The notes: generated by a model not told the origin, from the letters alone. A stretch of 32,000 nt of DNA from Nostoc sp. PCC 7120 = FACHB-418 (GCF_000009705.1 NC_003240.1:1-32000), one strand, 5' to 3'; positions 1 through 7,449 are shown, counted from the first letter of the stretch. Translations and numbers: made by a program.

Positions 1-116
1 GTCGACGCACTAACACCAGATTCTTCGGCGACTTGTTTCCAATTCAGTCGTTTTGACTGCCTCTGGCTGTCTAATGCTGCGTAAAAGGCTTCAACGTCAA
101 ACTGTCCTTTTGCCAT
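1..116 (-). CDS. XRE/Cro-type helix-turn-helix protein, N-terminal 38 codons only (runs off the window start)
   Basis: The reverse complement from ATG (116..114) reads MAKGQFDVEAFYAALDSQRQSKRLNWKQVAEESGVSAS with no stop before base 1. LNWKQVAEESGVS looks like an HTH_3 recognition region. GGAGA (complement of 121-125) lies 4 nt upstream of the ATG. The ORF is absent from the track because it is truncated. Confidence 0.5.
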   Translation of the reverse strand, partial: MAKGQFDVEAFYAALDSQRQSKRLNWKQVAEESGVSAS

Positions 117-135
117 TTCATCTCCAATTTCACTC

Positions 136-163
136 TTGCAATTCTACGTCATGTGTGTAATAT
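136..163 (+). promoter_or_regulatory. Candidate sigma70-type promoter for the Ubl operon
   Basis: TTGCAA (136-141), a 16-nt spacer, then TAATAT (158-163), with TATAAT also at 161-166. It sits in the 99-bp divergent gap between the HTH gene and the Ubl gene. If used, the ATG at 153 is not transcribed. Confidence 0.3.
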
Positions 164-215
164 AATAAATAAAATTTCATTAATGAAATTGAGAGTCAGA
201 TTTGCAATTAAACTT

Positions 216-740
216 ATGACGAACAATATTGTGGTTGAGGAAATTGAATTGGAAAAATGGGTTAGACAGCACGGGGCTGTACAACCCCCGCTTGCAAAAC
301 ACTACTTGGTGCGGATTGATGACCGAAGTTATAAAGTAGACGACCCCGTGATTACAGGAGGGCAGCTGCTTGATAAAGCAAGCAAGAGGCCTGTGGATGA
401 GTACCTTATCTTCCAAATGCTAAACAACGGTCAGTTAGAAGAAATCCGCCTTGATGAAACCGTTGAACTCAGAAAGCCTGGTATCGAGCGATTCATTACT
501 TGGCGCAGCGATCGCTCCTTCCGTTTTGTCATCGACGGTCGGCGATTTGAATGGGGAGCGCCAATTATCACAGGGTTAAAGCTGAAGGAACTTGCTGGCG
601 TTGACCTTGCATCCTATGGAGTTTGGCTTGAACTACGTGGTGCAGAAGACCGCCCAATTGCCGATAACGAATCTGTCGATTTACAAGCACCAGGAGTCGA
701 GCGATTCTTCACTGGTAAAAAGACTACAACGGAGGGTTAA
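216..740 (+). CDS. Tandem beta-grasp (multiubiquitin-type) ubiquitin-like protein ending in Gly
   Basis: There is an internal duplication. HYLVRIDDRSYKVDDPVITGGQLLDKA...ETVELRKPGIERFIT matches FRFVIDGRRFEWGAPIITGLKLKELA...ESVDLQAPGVERFFT. The C-terminus is ...KKTTTEG directly before the stop. It is the first gene of the E2/E1/JAB operon. Start chosen at ATG 216 (MTNNIVVEE); ATG 183 or 153 are alternatives. Confidence 0.7.
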   Translation: MTNNIVVEEIELEKWVRQHGAVQPPLAKHYLVRIDDRSYKVDDPVITGGQLLDKASKRPVDEYLIFQMLNNGQLEEIRLDETVELRKPGIERFITWRSDRSFRFVIDGRRFEWGAPIITGLKLKELAGVDLASYGVWLELRGAEDRPIADNESVDLQAPGVERFFTGKKTTTEG

Positions 741-743
741 GTA

Positions 744-1124
744 ATGAGCTTTTTACCCTCAAACGATCGCCAATACCTGGAAAACAGGGGTTTACCTTTT
801 GAAGAAGTGGTAGATGCCAGTCAAAAGGGCGTTATTTTACGCGAATTTCAGTTACCACTTGGCCGTTTTGATACTGAACAGGCAGATATCTTAATTCTCT
901 TGCCGAGCGGATACCCAGATGCACCCCCCGATATGTTTTACCTGCTGCCGTGGGTAAAGCTGGTACAAGGTGCAAAATACCCAAAGGCAGCCGATCAACC
1001 ACACCAATTTAATGGTCAGAAATGGCAGCGATGGTCGAGACATAACAATGAGTGGCGACCTGGTACAGATGGCATATGGACAATGCTCAAACGGATTGAA
1101 AATGCTCTGGAGGTGGCTGCTTGA
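744..1124 (+). CDS. Prokaryotic E2 (UBC-fold)-like protein lacking any cysteine
   Basis: ILILLPSGYPDAPPDMFYLLP resembles the E2 'fP..YP..pP.v.F' strand-loop. The 126-aa protein contains no Cys at all. It starts 3 nt after the Ubl stop, and its TGA overlaps the TTG start of the next gene. Confidence 0.6.
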   Translation: MSFLPSNDRQYLENRGLPFEEVVDASQKGVILREFQLPLGRFDTEQADILILLPSGYPDAPPDMFYLLPWVKLVQGAKYPKAADQPHQFNGQKWQRWSRHNNEWRPGTDGIWTMLKRIENALEVAA

Positions 1125-2548
1125 ATACTGTAAGCTTGACATTGCAAGAGCAACACTCAAATTACCTGCACGAATTGCTATTAACCATAGATGGTAAAGA
1201 GCGAGCAGCCTATGTCTTGTGTGGACAGGCCGTTATCAATGCCGACCCTTGGGATGGGCAGCCGCACCAAAAATTCATTTCTTATGAAGTAATACCAGTG
1301 CCAGAGGATGAAATTGTTTCTTTCTCTGCCAAACACATTACCTGGAAAACGGATTCTTTTGTTCGGGCATTGCAAGCGGCACAAGCAAAAAACCTGACAC
1401 TAGCCGTTTTCCACAGCCACCCAGAAGGCTTGAGAGAATTCTCTATTCAAGATGATACTAACGAACCAGACTTGATTCAACTGGCACAAAACCGCAACGG
1501 CTCAGATACACAGATTTTGAGTGTTATCCTAATGCCGGATGGAAATTTGATTGGTCGCCTGTGGGTTAGTTCGCAGGAAGTTATCTCCTTGCGGATAATT
1601 CGTGTTATTGGGCAGAAAATCCGTTTGCATTATCCAAACCGGGGGCTGGGGGTTTCTCCTCCAGCATTGCAGCGACAAGCTTTAGCTTTTGGGGAAGCCC
1701 TCAATCAAGACTTATCGATGTTGCGTGTTGGGGTCATTGGTTGCGGCGGTACAGGAAGTGCGATCGCTATGTTGCTGCCAAAGATGGGTATTCGGAACAT
1801 TGCACTTTTCGATAAAGACATTGTTGAGGATACAAATTTAAATCGGCTACACGGTGCGCGTCAGCCAGATGCTGATGCTATGAGTCCCAAAGTTGAAGTT
1901 GTTGCCAAGTCACTTGTGGAACTTGGACTTGGTGTTCAAGTGAGAACATATCAAGCTTGGATTGGAGAAGCAGACTGCCGCGATCCCCTGAAAGCGTGCG
2001 ACGTAATTTTTTGTTGCACTGATGACCACACGGGTCGCCTAATGCTGAATAGGTTTGCCTACTACTATGCAACACCTGTGTTTGATATGGGTTTAGCAAT
2101 TGAGGTTTCTCAAGGGGAAACGCCCAATTTTCAGGCTTTGGATGGTCGCGTCACGGTGCTTGTACCTGCGCCAGGACACGCCTGCCTGTTGTGCCGAGAA
2201 ATTATTAACCCTGTGATTGCACGAGATGAAGCATTGAAACGTAGTAATCCTGATGAGTACGAACGTCGTAAGGCAGAAGCCTACGTCATTGGAGAAGGAA
2301 ACCCCAGTCCTGCCGTTGTTTTATTTACAACAGAGGTAGCAATTATGGCAATGCAAGAACTTGTCCACCGCCTTCAGGGTTTCCGTGGTGAGGATGGTGC
2401 AGCAGCTCACAGGGTTCGTAAATTCCATCTGACGACTGACCGTAAACCAGCAGCAATTCTTAATTCCAATTGCCCAGTTTGTGGAACAGTCGGCTCTCAA
2501 TCGTGGGGTAGAGGGGATGTTATACCTTTCCTTAATTTGGTGGAGTAA
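1121..2548 (+). CDS. JAB/JAMM metallopeptidase fused to an E1-like (ThiF/MoeB-type) adenylation domain
   Basis: The N-terminal part carries a JAMM motif: GKERAAYVLCG, then FHSHPEGLREFSIQDD (HxH-x7-S-xx-D). The C-terminal part has a Rossmann loop VGVIGCGGTGSAIA, DKDIVEDTNLNRL, CTDDH and two CxxC pairs (CLLC, CPVC) typical of the E1/ThiF zinc site. The TTG start at 1121 overlaps the E2 stop (TTGA). There is no in-frame ATG upstream of the JAB motifs. Confidence 0.85.
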   Translation: MNTVSLTLQEQHSNYLHELLLTIDGKERAAYVLCGQAVINADPWDGQPHQKFISYEVIPVPEDEIVSFSAKHITWKTDSFVRALQAAQAKNLTLAVFHSHPEGLREFSIQDDTNEPDLIQLAQNRNGSDTQILSVILMPDGNLIGRLWVSSQEVISLRIIRVIGQKIRLHYPNRGLGVSPPALQRQALAFGEALNQDLSMLRVGVIGCGGTGSAIAMLLPKMGIRNIALFDKDIVEDTNLNRLHGARQPDADAMSPKVEVVAKSLVELGLGVQVRTYQAWIGEADCRDPLKACDVIFCCTDDHTGRLMLNRFAYYYATPVFDMGLAIEVSQGETPNFQALDGRVTVLVPAPGHACLLCREIINPVIARDEALKRSNPDEYERRKAEAYVIGEGNPSPAVVLFTTEVAIMAMQELVHRLQGFRGEDGAAAHRVRKFHLTTDRKPAAILNSNCPVCGTVGSQSWGRGDVIPFLNLVE

Positions 2549-2551
2549 GGG

Positions 2552-2911
2552 ATGTTTCTTCGCGGTGTAATTAGGCGGCTGTTAATCTGGCTACGTTTTC
2601 TTCCCCAGCCAGACTTATCAGCACGGATAGTTCCAACACATCCTGCACCTGAGAATATAAAACCAGGGGAGATTTTAGTCGTTGGTGATGCTGAATATCA
2701 GAAATGGGCTTGTTTTCGTTGCCCTGGAGGATGTGGTGAAAATATTTTGCTGTCTTTGAATCAAAAGCGGCATCCTTGCTGGGCGATCGCCATTGATTCG
2801 TTGGGACGACCAACACTTAATCCTTCTGTTAGGCAGCTTAACGAATGCCACTGCCACTTTTGGGTGCGTCAGGGAGTTGTTGAATGGTGCGCTGATTCAG
2901 GACAGAAATAA
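2552..2911 (+). CDS. Small Cys/His-rich protein, DUF6527-like (fourth gene of the Ubl operon)
   Basis: CFRCPGGCGE...HPCW...TLNPSV...ECHCHFW...EWC. As I recall, the CPxGCG and LxPS-type motifs match DUF6527, a family found next to ThiF/E2 genes. It starts 3 nt after the E1 stop. Confidence 0.5.
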   Translation: MFLRGVIRRLLIWLRFLPQPDLSARIVPTHPAPENIKPGEILVVGDAEYQKWACFRCPGGCGENILLSLNQKRHPCWAIAIDSLGRPTLNPSVRQLNECHCHFWVRQGVVEWCADSGQK

Positions 2912-3034
2912 ACCTTATAGTCTCGTTTAGCAGAAAAATCCACTTCTTACTTACTCCTGGGTAAGCAATATTCCCATTGCATGAATTATTTGCGGAGCAA
3001 CAACTCTATGACGAAGTGTACATGAATTGAGAGG

Positions 3035-3052
3035 AGAGCGATCGCTCTTTTT
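3035..3052 (+). terminator. Weak hairpin plus T-run built on a HIP1 palindrome
   Basis: AGAGCGATCGCTCT followed by TTTT, about 125 nt downstream of the operon stop. The stem is short, so it is weak. Confidence 0.25.
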
Positions 3053-3367
3053 ACTTTGAGTTAATCACCAGACTGAACGATAAACCGTAAAATTACTACT
3101 AACTCTAGTACGGTTTTCACTAGTAGTACAATTGTTCTTTTTAATCAAAAAGCATTAAAATACAGTGTAGTAAAGTGCTACACACTGACATAGTGTGAGT
3201 CAATGTCGGCTGAATTCAAATGAATTTGGTTACTAACGATAGGTAATACGAGTAAGTTTTTCTGGAAGATATATTTGATTCAAATATTGATGATGGTGGC
3301 ATATGAAAAGAAATTACCATAGCGCTGCGCTATGAATAGCCCAATTCAGTAAAGGTAAAAAAAATAG

Positions 3368-4456
3368 ATGTTTCCGCTTATCACACACTTTGAAGAACTG
3401 CTCAAGAACATTCAACCACCCCAAGAACGCCTTGATGCAGCACGCGATTTGCCACCCTTAGTCCGTGAGTACATTGCCAAAAGCAAAGATTTTCCCACTG
3501 TCTACCCTCACTCTCGACTTGCAGGCTCATACGCCCAAAAAATGGCAGTAGGTGATGTTAAAGACGTAGATACCCTAATACGTGTCCCTGGTGATCCAAA
3601 GGCAAATGAACCAGAGGCTAAACGATTAATTCAAGATATGAAAAAGTTGCTTGATGGCTTGCCAAAAGCTTTGGGCTTTGAGGGATATGCAGAAGCGGAA
3701 ATAGAAGTAGAGCGGGCACGCCGATCCGTCCATGTCTACTTCAAAGGCAAAGACTTCCACCTAGACTTTGTTCCTTGCATTGCACCAGATGGATTCGAGA
3801 GTGTGCTTTACGTCCCAGATCGAGGATTCAATAAGTGGATTGCATCGCACCCCATCGGGTATCTCAACTTACTCAATGAGCTACAGGAAAAACACGACCA
3901 CAAAGTTAAACCACTTGGCAAGCTTCTGAAGCACTTCCGTGACTGCCAAATGAAAAGCCGCAAACCCAAAAGTTACTGGCTTGGCGCTCTGCTGGTTTAT
4001 CACATCCAAAAGAACACTTTAGACATGACACAGCCATTGGCAGTCCTATTTTACGAGCTTTTGGATGCTATTTACCGCCAATACGATCACCTGCTATATA
4101 CTAGCAATGTTGCAACCCCAAACCTCCCCGATCCGATCCTTGGTCATAACATCTCTTGGAACTGGAGTCGCACCCACTTTGAAACCTTCATGAGACGGAT
4201 TAATGAGGGACGGAATTGGGCAGCTAAAGCTTTAGAGACTGATGATCGGGAGAAGGCGATTAAATACTGGCAAAAAATCTTTGGAGAAGAATATTTTCCA
4301 TCAGAGGTAGAAACCGCTGCGTCTCAATTGGCTAAAGCGGGTTTACCTGGCAAATCTTACGTCAGCTCTACTGGTTTAATTCTACCCAGCCAACCTGCTT
4401 CTGGTTTATACACTTCAACCATTGCAACCAAGTTTCATGGGATTGACCAAGGCTGA
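3368..4456 (+). CDS. CD-NTase / SMODS-type nucleotidyltransferase (CBASS cyclase) with a C-terminal Gly
   Basis: Pol-beta NTase motifs are present: LAGSYAQKMAVGDVKDVDTLI (GS...DxD) and a third acidic residue in HLDFVPC. A long tail ends ...TKFHGIDQG before the stop. It is followed by E2-like and SAVED-effector genes. Confidence 0.8.
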   Translation: MFPLITHFEELLKNIQPPQERLDAARDLPPLVREYIAKSKDFPTVYPHSRLAGSYAQKMAVGDVKDVDTLIRVPGDPKANEPEAKRLIQDMKKLLDGLPKALGFEGYAEAEIEVERARRSVHVYFKGKDFHLDFVPCIAPDGFESVLYVPDRGFNKWIASHPIGYLNLLNELQEKHDHKVKPLGKLLKHFRDCQMKSRKPKSYWLGALLVYHIQKNTLDMTQPLAVLFYELLDAIYRQYDHLLYTSNVATPNLPDPILGHNISWNWSRTHFETFMRRINEGRNWAAKALETDDREKAIKYWQKIFGEEYFPSEVETAASQLAKAGLPGKSYVSSTGLILPSQPASGLYTSTIATKFHGIDQG

Positions 4457-4931
4457 ATATTCTCAACTGAAACCCACTATCAACCTGGGGCTGCAAAACC
4501 TACACATATTGCACCGATTTCCTGGGTTCGCTTACAGGCGAGAGCGTGGGGTAGCTGTATGGCGAGGCACGCTTCAACCCCGTCAGTTTTCCCCAAAATA
4601 TCGAGTAGCAATCCGCTACAAACTCAGCTCTTACCCAACCGTTAATGTCATATCTCCCACTCTGGCATCACGACCTCCCCATGTTTGGAAAGACGGAACT
4701 TTATGCCTCTACTACCCCAAAGAAAAACCGTGGCAGAAAGATATGCTGCTTGCAAAGACTATCATCCCGTGGACTGCATTATGGTTATATTACTATGAAC
4801 TGTGGCTAGATACTGGAAAATGGCTCGGACCATCATCACACGCCTCAGATTCAAAACTCCAAAGTTGGAGTTCCAATCCCGTTGAAGGGTATTCTATTTT
4901 GGAAAAACCGACTGAGCAGCAAACCGCATGA
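4422..4931 (+). CDS. E2-like (UBC-fold) CBASS accessory protein, E2-only ('short' Cap2-type)
   Basis: YRVAIRYKLSSYPTVNVISP...PPHVWKDGTLCLYYP mimics the E2 'YP..pP.v' and 'HPN...G.iCL' active-site region, with a candidate catalytic Cys. It overlaps the cyclase 3' end (alternative start ATG 4437). Its TGA overlaps the effector ATG (ATGA at 4928). Confidence 0.7.
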   Translation: MQPSFMGLTKAEYSQLKPTINLGLQNLHILHRFPGFAYRRERGVAVWRGTLQPRQFSPKYRVAIRYKLSSYPTVNVISPTLASRPPHVWKDGTLCLYYPKEKPWQKDMLLAKTIIPWTALWLYYYELWLDTGKWLGPSSHASDSKLQSWSSNPVEGYSILEKPTEQQTA

Positions 4932-6382
4932 CAGAGAGTGAACATTTGACTCCCTCACTTCTAGAACCACAGTCTCGTGGTGGTGATATTGCTGAAGGTG
5001 GCTTTTCCTTTCAGGAGCAAGTCATGCTTGCTCGCATTCCTGCTTGGCTAGCTCAGGATGGCTTCACAGCTATGATCCGGGAAGGAATTGGAGATGTAGA
5101 GGCAAAGTTTTTTGTACCCGGCCGTGGGTTTGCGATAGAGTTTCTTGAAGTTAAAGACCATACACTCCAACCATCTAAGTTTTTAAATGAAATTCAACGG
5201 TTCCGAGAAGTAGATGCTGGTAGTCCAAACACCTATCAGCAGTTTATACTTGTAGCAGCAGGAGTTTCCAGAGACTTAGAGCCTTTGGTAAATGGATTGC
5301 GCCGCGTTCGTAATCCTCAAGATTTTTATGAAGAAAACTCTACAGTCAAAGAAAATTCTTTTAAAGAGTATACCCGCCTAGTCAAAAAAATTGGCGGCAC
5401 AGAACAAGATGCCTTTTTCATTTTTGAAAAGGTGATAGTCGAGGCAGATTGGAACACTGCAAAATCTCATGGCGAAGCTCTTTTTAAGCAGTCTTTAGCT
5501 GACAATCTGAGTGAATATGAAGATTTATCTTTTAAAACTTTTGATAATATTTATAATCACTTAGGCACATTTATACGACAGCGCAAGAATCAAATTATTA
5601 CCCGCAAAGAGTTAGAGACAAAACTGCGAGAAAAAATTCCTCCCAGTCAACTACCAGCCCTTAGTCCCATCCTGATTTACACAGCCATTGCCTCTGAAAA
5701 TAACCCAGAGCATCATGGATTGTGTTTCGATTGGGCCCCTTTTTCTGGTGGTGAAACTCGTGCGATTGCCCCATCCCAACAGTGGAATCGCTTACTCATT
5801 GAACTACAGGATACTCGAAGCTGGATTGAAAAGTATAGAAATACTAAGCGAATCAGGCTTGCTGGCAATCGTCGTCTGGCAGCATGTCTTGCAATAGGAT
5901 CTGTCTTCTCAGCTGTTAGGGGCTACGCAATTGAAATGGAATACCGTGAAGAGGTATGGGCAACAGATGCTCATCCCACTCAAGAAACCCCCGTTTATCC
6001 TTTGGCTCATCAGATGATAGGCGGAACAGGAACCCGCTTGGTTGTTAGCATAGGTATTCTTCGAGATATTATTCCTGAAGTCGAAGTCAATCTGGAGAAG
6101 TATGGACTCACAGGTGAGCCACTGCTTCACATTAGAGGAGAGCATCCTATTATTTCTCCACAACATGCCAACAATGCCGTTGGAGGCATTAAAAAATTAA
6201 TTGTCAATAACTTAGTGTGCATAGGCGGTAAAGAAATCCATTTATTTTTTGCTGGGCCTGCTCATCTTGCTCTGTTCCTGGGACATCGCTTGGACGCTAC
6301 AGCACCAGTCACTTGCTACGCATGGGTATCTAATGGTCAATACTCTAAAACATTTCAACTCTTCTCAGGAATTTCCAGCTAA
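4928..6382 (+). CDS. cap4: Cap4-like effector: N-terminal PD-(D/E)xK nuclease (DUF4297-like) fused to a C-terminal SAVED sensor domain
   Basis: The N-terminus has GGDIAEGGFSFQEQVMLA, then GDVEAKF...EFLEVKD (D...ExK). The C-terminus ends ...IHLFFAGPAHLALFLGHRL, typical of SAVED domain ends. It occupies the third position of a CBASS operon. Confidence 0.7.
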   Translation: MTESEHLTPSLLEPQSRGGDIAEGGFSFQEQVMLARIPAWLAQDGFTAMIREGIGDVEAKFFVPGRGFAIEFLEVKDHTLQPSKFLNEIQRFREVDAGSPNTYQQFILVAAGVSRDLEPLVNGLRRVRNPQDFYEENSTVKENSFKEYTRLVKKIGGTEQDAFFIFEKVIVEADWNTAKSHGEALFKQSLADNLSEYEDLSFKTFDNIYNHLGTFIRQRKNQIITRKELETKLREKIPPSQLPALSPILIYTAIASENNPEHHGLCFDWAPFSGGETRAIAPSQQWNRLLIELQDTRSWIEKYRNTKRIRLAGNRRLAACLAIGSVFSAVRGYAIEMEYREEVWATDAHPTQETPVYPLAHQMIGGTGTRLVVSIGILRDIIPEVEVNLEKYGLTGEPLLHIRGEHPIISPQHANNAVGGIKKLIVNNLVCIGGKEIHLFFAGPAHLALFLGHRLDATAPVTCYAWVSNGQYSKTFQLFSGISS

Positions 6383-6461
6383 ATTTGCTGAAGCGCTCCT
6401 GAATGGTATGTACTGAACTACCATTGGTGTAAACTTAAGCCCAAACTCCTTTAAAATCTCG

Positions 6462-6482
6462 TTTCCAGCCAGAGGCTGGAAA
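6462..6482 (+). terminator. 9-bp stem hairpin downstream of the CBASS effector
   Basis: TTTCCAGCC-AGA-GGCTGGAAA lies 80 nt after the stop. No clear T-run follows, so its terminator function is uncertain. Confidence 0.25.
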
Positions 6483-6519
6483 TGCTATTCATTGCGGCTT
6501 CCAATGCTGAACTACCCTC

Positions 6520-6538
6520 CCCTACTTTGCTATCGGGT
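6520..6538. repeat. Left copy of a 19-bp direct repeat, CCCTACTTTGCTATCGGGT
   Basis: An identical 19-mer occurs at 6926-6944. It abuts the left terminal inverted repeat of the element. Confidence 0.85.
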
Positions 6539-6925
6539 CAGGGTGGTTTCATACGAAAAAAGAAAAATACATAGATATTGATTTGTCGCTTTGTAGCAGA
6601 AATCTTGACCCCTCTCCAAACCTCTCCCCCCGTGGGGGCTACGGTGTACACACAAGTGGTAGCTGTAAGGGTTTCAGGCGTTATAGACCCCTTAAATTGT
6701 CATTACGAGCGGAGCGAAGTAATCACATAATCCCGTAGTTTTTGCGATTGCTTCGTCGTTCCTCCTCGCTGCGGACAGGCTTCCAGAGCGATCGCACAAC
6801 CTAAACCTAGATGACGAAACCAAGTGCTAGGGGGAATTTTAAGACTTGTGTGTACACCGTAGCCCGTGGGGGAGAGGCTTTGAAACAAAGTTTGGCTTTT
6901 TCTCTGTTTGTATGAAACCACCCTG
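6539..6925. mobile_element. MITE-like non-autonomous element with nested inverted repeats
   Basis: The termini CAGGGTGGTTTCATAC (6539-6554) and GTATGAAACCACCCTG (6910-6925) are perfect 16-bp inverted repeats, extending imperfectly to about 29 bp. An inner inverted pair is GCTACGGTGTACACACAAGT (6638-6657) and its complement (6844-6863). The core carries a HIP1 site and Nostoc-type dispersed-repeat sequence (CATTACGAGCGGAGCGAAGTAATC, GATTGCTTCGTCGTTCCTCCTCGC). I see no credible ORF in it. Confidence 0.65.
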
Positions 6926-6944
6926 CCCTACTTTGCTATCGGGT
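6926..6944. repeat. Right copy of the 19-bp direct repeat
   Basis: Identical to 6520-6538 and immediately outside the right terminal inverted repeat. Confidence 0.85.
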
Positions 6945-6966
6945 GGGGACTGCCGCCATCCCATGC

Positions 6967-7449
6967 TTAAGTTAACGGTAGTTCAGCACCGGAGTCTTCC
7001 CCAAAAAGCCAATCGCCATCACTGTTTGAATTTACCTCGCCATCCACTTGAAGATTTAAAGAAGGCACCAACTGTTCAATTTGGCTTTCAAGGCGGGAGA
7101 GCGCCAGCGCCAAAGAAGCAAGTTGCTCTCTATCCTTCTTAATTTCATTTGAAATACCCACCCGCAATTGATTTAACCGCTCCTGGAGGGTATGCACTTC
7201 CGTTTTGCTTGCAGAAGGGATATTCACTTTCTCTGACAGGGCGGCGATTTGAGCTTTCAAAGCTTCAATTTCGGCAGCAGTTGCACTATCTGCATCATCC
7301 GGACTCTCTTCAAAGAGTGCATTTCTAATACAATCCAGCACAAACTCTTTAAAAGTTAAGCGCAAATCCTCAGCACGCTGCTTGGCCTGCTTCACCAACT
7401 CCCGGTCTTCTTCTGACAGAAGTTTTATATTTATCTGCGGATATTCCAC
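6967..7449 (-). CDS. Hypothetical coiled-coil protein with a possible N-terminal ribbon-helix-helix
   Basis: It is a 160-aa ORF. The N-terminus QINIKLLSEEDRELVKQAKQRAEDLRLTFKEFVLDCIRNAL fits a strand-helix-helix pattern. The middle is heptad-like (AAEIEALKAQIAALSEKV, LASLALALSRLESQIEQL). It is divergent from the integrase gene. Confidence 0.5.
   Translation of the reverse strand: MEYPQINIKLLSEEDRELVKQAKQRAEDLRLTFKEFVLDCIRNALFEESPDDADSATAAEIEALKAQIAALSEKVNIPSASKTEVHTLQERLNQLRVGISNEIKKDREQLASLALALSRLESQIEQLVPSLNLQVDGEVNSNSDGDWLFGEDSGAELPLT

Noticed and set aside
1-6. GTCGAC (SalI site) at the very first bases
   Set aside because: It probably only reflects where the sequence record was opened, at a cloning or numbering origin. 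It is not a biological feature. It does hint that the truncated HTH gene continues at the other end of a circular record.
180-2857. Track ORFs antisense to or overlapping the Ubl/E2/E1/DUF6527 genes (180..416 -, 891..1160 -, 970..1197 +, 1181..1384 -, 1878..2099 -, 2571..2816 -, 2675..2857 -)
   Set aside because: They lie entirely inside longer ORFs that carry clear family motifs. They have no motifs or start signals of their own, so I treat them as shadow ORFs.
6703-7142. ORFs 6703..6921 (-) and 6846..7142 (+)
   Set aside because: They run through the MITE-like inverted repeats, and the plus-strand ORF also runs into the antisense of the 160-aa coiled-coil gene. Their composition is repeat-derived, not protein-like.
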